Shown here one piece after another: positions 58,601 to 64,000 of a stretch of DNA of 64,000 bases; within the stretch, counting starts at the first letter, position 1, and each line of letters starts with the position of its first letter. The stretch covers positions 2,914,001 through 2,978,000 of the forward strand of contig OZ374559.1 of assembly GCA_977862235.1 (NCBI GenBank). Reading direction: 5' to 3'. Below the pieces are notes generated by a model, which was given only the letters and a program-made list of their open reading frames with translations, made no database searches and was not told the origin of the DNA. Both the position numbers and the translations under genes were made by a program. The stretch is from Dudresnaya verticillata. Taxonomy: Eukaryota.

Positions 58601-60946
58601 TTTGTTGTGGCGACGCGGAGGTATAGGGCGAGTTTCAATGTCTTGACTTTTCAGATAATGTATGAACTCGGTATTGTTGAACGCTTGGTCAAATAGAACA
58701 CATTTGGGGGTCCAGAATGGTGTTATCCATAGAGATTCAAAACAATTAATAGCTTCCGTCATAGTCATAGTGCTTACAACATCGCCGGTCGAATATCTTG
58801 AAGCAGAGTCCATGAGATGAAACACGCGGTTCATATCAAGGTGGAAATGATCAATGCATACAACGTCGTTAAAGTTCCTGCTCATGGAGCTTAGTGAGAC
58901 CTTCCGGGTGTCTTTCGGTTGAGAAGTAGTTAAACAACTTGAGCATCTATCCAGGACACGGGACAAATATTTCTGTACTTCAGCATTCCAAATTTTGTTT
59001 CGCTGGAGCAATATCTTGATATCAGAATAAGAAGAGTGTCCACAGACGTGTTGATGGACCTTATCAACAATCTTCTTGATGTCTCCAAAGGGACGAGTGT
59101 CATGGTTTTGGTTGATCTGAGCAGTGGCACAATAGAACTTGTTCGTGACACGGGATGACAGGTCGGAACTGTTCGGTAGAAATACGTTATAGGGTATGTA
59201 ACTGTGGAATCCATTGTCTTGGAGACCGATTGAATCTTCAGATGTTGGCATAACGAGCCTGTTATCGCCAACATGAACAATGTCACAATGCTTCGTGACA
59301 TTACGGCCGATAATCCATTGCGAGGAGCCTTCAATGATTAGGTGTCGGATAGACACCAGGTTGTTCTTATCAGTGCGAGCCATTAAAGTGACCGATCCGA
59401 GAATTCTCCTTGCCTCACTGGAGTGTTGCCCTGCACCGTATTGCCAAAAGGCACAAGACTGAAGCTGTTGGGGTATAGGGTCCAGATTGCCTTCCCAGTC
59501 CGGTAGGATAATGGGCTGCAGTATCATAAACTCGGACATCCCTAGACCACTGTACGGACCACCGTCATCAAGTAAGGGGCCTGTAAAGTCTTCGCTTATC
59601 TCATTGTGGGAATCGAGTAGATGACCCATGTTGAAGGTCATGGTTTTCTTCGGTGGTTGTGTGTTCGGTTTTGCATCAGAAGGAGCAGGATTATCAGTAG
59701 ACTTGACTCCAGGCTTGAGTTTACCGTCATCTGTGTGATCAGAGTGCCAGTGTCCGAATTTGTGACACTTACGACATTTGCTGCGGCTTTTAAGATCTGC
59801 AAGCTGATCAGGTGTAAGCCTTCTGCGATTCCTTGGGAAGATCGGTCTTCTGAACTGAGTGTTCACAGCATTTGCAGACAGGGGACGAATATTCTCAGTC
59901 ATGACTTGGTCACACTGCCTTAGAACAGAAGCTACTTTCTCGTATGAAACTGAATCGAGAAAATCATCAGTTGTAGCTGTAGGAGCTATATTTGTGTTGT
60001 TCGAAGCTGCTGCAAGAACAGAAACTCTTTGACCGTTATCCACGGCAGAATTTGCAAGTAGCATAAAAGCAGTAAGGGCTTCTGGGAGCTTTGTTGTACT
60101 GGAGCCAGCATTGAATCTGGAAACTTGAGCGTCGAATCTTGATTCGAAGTTTTTGTATGTCTCCGTGGTTCCGCGCTTGGTACTTAATAGGGCAATAAAG
60201 TTTTGGTAAACTTCACTGACAACCGAGAGTGCATCTCGTTTGTATACAGCATTCACCACAGCTTCTGAGCCAGTAGCAGATTGGATCTCAGTATCGGGAA
60301 TGGATTTGCATAGATCTTTTGCTCTTCCATAAAGCTGGGACTGAAGCATTATACCACGAAGTTCCGTGGGTATCTTGTTTGAGTTAGAGTCTGGGAGCCT
60401 GTTATGGAAAGCATTCCATAAAGAAACAGATAGTGAGTACTCTTCTTGGTTGCCTTTGCCATCTGTCCAAGGAACATTTTTGATATCCCAAGAAAACCTT
60501 GGGCGAGTCGGCAGATACGCCGATGATGAGCCTGGGCCCATAACAATAAAGGAATGGTATTTGGATCAGTAGCAAGTTGGCAGTAGCAGCGGTATCAGAG
60601 GAACAGTAGATTTACAGAACAGAGTAGATCAGATTGTGTTGTGTAGATAAAATGTTGTCCTGTTGAGAGGGTAGAACAAGAGAGAACTAGGCGGTACTTA
60701 TAGGCAGGCGAAGACTGCCTCTAAAACGTAAAACGACCGTTGCCTAAACCAAGAAGAAAGTGCTCACTGAGAACCATTGTGAATACAACTACATAAAACA
60801 TAAACATGGTTCGTCAGCATGAATACGACCGTAGAATAGTATCTGCAGTATTAATACGACTGTAGATCCATTTCATCAGTATGCATACGACTGTAGAATG
60901 ATTGCATCAGTATGCATACGACCGTAGGACAATTAATGTTTTCATT
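55673..60946 (-). mobile_element. Intact Ty1/Copia LTR retrotransposon, copy 3 (LTRs 55673-56074 and 60545-60946)
   Basis: Same site, TSD CTCCC (55668-55672, 60947-60951). LTRs appear identical. The PBS has the longer tRNA match (C at 60544). Confidence 0.97.
56099..60541 (-). CDS. Copia gag-pol polyprotein; copy 3
   Basis: 1480 aa, same as copy 1. Confidence 0.96.
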   Translation of the reverse strand: MGPGSSSAYLPTRPRFSWDIKNVPWTDGKGNQEEYSLSVSLWNAFHNRLPDSNSNKIPTELRGIMLQSQLYGRAKDLCKSIPDTEIQSATGSEAVVNAVYKRDALSVVSEVYQNFIALLSTKRGTTETYKNFESRFDAQVSRFNAGSSTTKLPEALTAFMLLANSAVDNGQRVSVLAAASNNTNIAPTATTDDFLDSVSYEKVASVLRQCDQVMTENIRPLSANAVNTQFRRPIFPRNRRRLTPDQLADLKSRSKCRKCHKFGHWHSDHTDDGKLKPGVKSTDNPAPSDAKPNTQPPKKTMTFNMGHLLDSHNEISEDFTGPLLDDGGPYSGLGMSEFMILQPIILPDWEGNLDPIPQQLQSCAFWQYGAGQHSSEARRILGSVTLMARTDKNNLVSIRHLIIEGSSQWIIGRNVTKHCDIVHVGDNRLVMPTSEDSIGLQDNGFHSYIPYNVFLPNSSDLSSRVTNKFYCATAQINQNHDTRPFGDIKKIVDKVHQHVCGHSSYSDIKILLQRNKIWNAEVQKYLSRVLDRCSSCLTTSQPKDTRKVSLSSMSRNFNDVVCIDHFHLDMNRVFHLMDSASRYSTGDVVSTMTMTEAINCFESLWITPFWTPKCVLFDQAFNNTEFIHYLKSQDIETRPIPPRRHNKNVIESKHRVIRDIYLRLKEGCTNDSAEHQRLLVQQALRISNDLYGNDVCSAHELAKGYTRPITYGEFPAQVPEEISKAHDDLMAKRKLTRILHSKSTADIPFNVGDTVQVYIKEQNAKRGKWSSPKVILSFDKTSGTISVPGKRGRQVQAAVEDVRPALPVDTLGSSIQEAIDALSKSLDDSIDELCSKEDVASNEELETTTIEEVGYENDDGDILSSHPNVGDVIDVYWPLDDMFYTGKVASINEDDNQYNIDYNDGDKECLKLSDETWRYSSDEAIATNNVQIPDQTLTSSLQEVLGSYTLAFGHKDFMRYQAQGLPTFPLLNAYKKEEEAFKKTVKMVHASDIPKHANVITSHVIYKVKNNDDGSMKMKARIAPHGNKDKERFQLKTDSSTCPPTGIRILLSLAAQFKWFLAKIDFKSAFLQTGEAKRDVYVVPPRESDDKQHYWLLLTAAYGLVNANAKWQEQSDNFLTSIGLRQLVYVPQLFYKKDAIGSLQLVAVKIVDDVLFAGDQSTVRSTIGKIQERYELGTIVYGPGSFLFFGLHIAQDDECSIRIQADEKLENLNCYPIDRQRRKQGDEVLNAVETSSFRSVNSSIGWLGIAASPFCAFYASHLQQKVPQTTVHDMISQINSLRLLQKLGSTIMYKRPADKKEYPLSVLMFADASRSSDYGQLGFISGLLIGDFEMGSIFHTLSWCSHKSKRPVKSIGAAEILASGEAIDEGKVLVSAYKTLLDVEVDLMVALDSKDLYETLSTCRNSIDRSIRADVSVIRYEFETHKVNRIIWIPGKTNLADPLTKANSPLVQPLQLTMFSGELSMNFTDNLFRNSNQFTG

Positions 60947-62928
60947 CTCCCTGCCTCACGTTTCACCTCGGCATCGCGCACAACGTTCACGTCTCCTTTT
61001 TTTGTTACAGCCGCCTCTCCTTCCGCCTCCCTACATCCTCCCCCTCTTTCTCGTTTGGCCTGCGTCGTGATGTTTTACTCTTTTACTGTGCCCGCTCGTG
61101 TCAGATCTGCCGATATTTGAGATCTTTCTGGGATACTGAGCGCAGGCAACACCGTTTCAGAGAATGTGACTATGATGGCACAATGATACATTGGCACGCG
61201 TCCAATTGCAGCAGTTTGCTCCATTTTGCATTGTATGAGTTCGAGTGAGCAGCAATACCATGTACCGTGTCTACCTTCTTCGGCCGGTACGGGCTCAATA
61301 CTCTTCATAAACTATACGGCTGTGAAATGGCATCGTATTCAAATCAAACAGCACCGTACTGAGAGTGTGATGTGCGGAAAGCGAGTGGGGCAGTCTCGAG
61401 TCTTTCGAGCACACAAGTCACACCTGATACCGTGGCGGTGTTTGCTGCTGTACAACTTGCACTGTGAGCTTTCTCATTTCTCATTTCAGCTGCAATACAA
61501 CTTCGCGAAGGTGCCAACGTTCGTGAAGGGGCATACTGTGTGAATATTGTGATAGTGTGTAGAAAGTCGGAAGGGGCTTTTATCAGTTCGTTTTTATGCT
61601 GCACGAGCTTGCGAACCTCGTTGGAGGCAGCCGTGAGAGTATAACAAAGCGAGTACTTTGACAAAGGTCGGTTTGATTCACGTCGTCGGATACATTGAAA
61701 CTGTATGAAGTGCTTTGAAGGTTACGGAAACGTCAATAAGGCTTTGACTGTGCGGTACTGTGTGCCTGTGTGTGCTTTAGGTGCTCATATGTGCCATTCC
61801 GCTTTCTACGAGATGGTGGCTGAGCCAAGTGTTCCAAGGCCCCGGTCCACCTGCGGCTGTGCAAGTGGAGCAAGGCGTGACGGGAATGCAACATTCTGGA
61901 GCGAACAGGTGGCCTGGAGGCGGGCAACAAGAATATGCGGTCGTCCTTAGCAGCTCAGATGTGCAGAGATATAATGCAGTGAGATTGTGGTAATGTTATA
62001 TTATTACTGTTACACCATTTGTTCCCTCTTTCCGGATTTATGTGTGGTCATAGCTTTGAAACGGCACAGCGTTCTAACAAGTGCAGGGAGCCTCGAGGTT
62101 AGAAAGGCCGCACATAGCGCATGATCGCATGATGGCTATTGACTCTACCTGCAGCGTCCAAGTGAATTGGCGGCAGAACGCTTGCTGGCGGCGGTGACGG
62201 AGAACGTGCGGTAGCAGTTGAAGCTACGAGATTTGTGTAACGTGTCAAGACAAAAGGTTCAGCTGCTGTGAACTGCAGCTACGAATGCCAAAGGCTATCA
62301 CCGCATATCACTGCGTGTACATACTTGGACCGTCCTGTTGGAATATCTCGGAGATGTTTCCTAGTCTTTCACTCTTCCGCCGCACTCGTTGGCCGCTGGT
62401 GTTGTGCCTAAACTACCACCGCCAGTTGGCGTCGGGTGGGCGCTCGTTCCCCCTCTCATTTTACTAGAGCGAGTGGCGCGCAACGCTTCTTCCCCGAGGT
62501 ACATCTCACAACTTTTCTGCGGCTGTGTGCGTCTGCTGTTACGTTACGTTGGAACGGAACAAAGCGCTGTTCTGTTCTTGTTCTAGACTATAGTCGAGAA
62601 TAGCCACATGCCATCGTGCTGTGTCACAGTGCGCCTCACAAAGTATGAAGTCAAGGTTTGCGAGGTCGTTGCGCCGAGATCGTGGCGATGCTGTATGAAG
62701 TTTACTTAAGGCTATATAAGTGCTGGGCGGCTCACCAAAGACTCAAACCACCTAAATCATTGCGGTACTTCTGCACAGCAGCAAAGCACACTCTATTCAC
62801 TCACACACACATTCACACAGCATACTTTCCATCTGCACCCGCACCCTTCCAGAACAACTCCTCAACACATCAACACACCTTCTGTGCTACATTTCTATCC
62901 CGTTTACAAATCAACCCGCAACTCCAAC

Positions 62929-63459
62929 ATGAAGTTCACCACCTCTTGTTTCGCAATTTTCTTGCTCATCGCTGTCTACGAGACGTCAGCTAAAGCTGCC
63001 TCCATTGTTTCCACACACGACGCCGTCCCTCAAAAAATAGAGCTCCATGGATCTCGCACCACAACTGGCGCATGCTCACACGACGACCTTCTTCAGACGG
63101 CAGGATGCATGTGCTACGTTGTACAATCAAAGGGGAAGATGACACGAGAACTTTCTTCATTGTGCACTGAAGTATTCGGGCGGTCCATTTTCTATTCGGA
63201 AAAGTACTGCGAGCCGTTCATGACCGGTGGCATGACCCAGTACATGTCATTAGTCAAGAGTGCAAATACCTGCCTCAGCACCAAACTCGCTGCATCACTC
63301 CGTCAACTGTCGCGTGGATCTAAACACGAGTCGACGTCTACGGCCTTGGAACCAGGGAACAAAATGGAGCTGGAAGCGAGCGTGGTTCGTAAGTTCCCAT
63401 GGAAGCTAGTACTGAAGATCTTGAAGATTGCGATCGAAATTATACTATTGTTCTTGTAG
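62929..63459 (+). CDS. Secreted precursor A; unit 8
   Basis: Protein identical to unit 1. Confidence 0.88.
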   Translation: MKFTTSCFAIFLLIAVYETSAKAASIVSTHDAVPQKIELHGSRTTTGACSHDDLLQTAGCMCYVVQSKGKMTRELSSLCTEVFGRSIFYSEKYCEPFMTGGMTQYMSLVKSANTCLSTKLAASLRQLSRGSKHESTSTALEPGNKMELEASVVRKFPWKLVLKILKIAIEIILLFL

Positions 63460-63935
63460 TGGAGTTGGCAGATGTGTCATTGTTATTGTATATTGTGTTT
63501 TCTGGTGGGACTGTGATGTAAAAAGAGAGAAACAGGTGTGTCGCTGGATAAAACAACTCTTTTTTGTTAGACCTTTAGGAAGCGGGTGAGATTTGTGCGT
63601 AGAAAGTAACCAAGGGAGAGAGGGAGAGAGCAGCATCCTTTTTGCTCAGAAGATTCACATTAATGTAGCCGCCCACTAGTTTGTGTCAACCGCCTTTCCC
63701 GAAGCCGCCTGTGGACGTCCACTGCCATTGTTTATACCTTTTGACTTGGCAACTTGGGCATGAAATTCTATTCCTATGTCTGGTCATCAATATGTATGGC
63801 CGAGTTTTCCTGTCCTTGACCTCAACCTCAACGCATTGCGACCTTGCTGTCGAAAAAGGTACCTCCCCAGCCTCCGGGAAGCTTAATGTTACTCTCATCT
63901 GACTTCCTTAGCCCTTCAATGCGCGGCAGTTAATG

Positions 63936-64000
63936 TTAACGGTTGGGCTCTCTCCCCTCCGTTCTTGACCTTTTGTGTTTAGAAACGTATAGTCTCCTCA
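63936..64000 (-). CDS. 3' end of SRR1-domain gene; unit 8 (truncated by window edge)
   Basis: Matches 2458..2522 of unit 1. Confidence 0.75.
   Translation of the reverse strand, partial: RRLYVSKHKRSRTEGREPNR

Larger units (their letters stand above)
1..64000. repeat. Tandem array of a ~6.5 kb three-gene unit (about 7.4 units; units 2, 3 and 7 carry a Copia insertion)
   Basis: Identical ORF set recurs at offsets 0, 6515, 18315, 30115, 36636, 43157, 49678, 61478. Periods are 6515, 6521 or 11800 (= 6521 + 5274 element + 5 TSD). Confidence 0.98.

Overview
Eukaryotic genomic DNA with compact, apparently intronless genes; a red-algal origin is only a guess. The whole window is a head-to-tail tandem array of a ~6.5 kb unit (6515 bp for units 1-2, 6521 bp afterwards; 7 complete units plus part of an 8th). 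Each unit carries three credible genes. Two are paralogous secreted precursor proteins: A on + (176 aa) and B on - (163 aa). Both have a signal peptide, a 6-Cys domain with identical spacing, a V-R putative processing site and a C-terminal FPW-starting hydrophobic/amphipathic peptide. Between them lies an SRR1/BER1-like gene. Three units (2, 3, 7) carry the same intact 5274-bp Ty1/Copia LTR retrotransposon at exactly the same site (TSD CTCCC), about 200 bp upstream of the gene B TATA box. The element has 402-bp LTRs with non-canonical AAT...ATT ends, a half-tRNAiMet-type PBS that contains the gag ATG, and a Tudor-like domain between integrase and RT. The two most interesting candidates are an amplified, possibly two-component membrane-active peptide precursor system and a Tudor-bearing Copia element.
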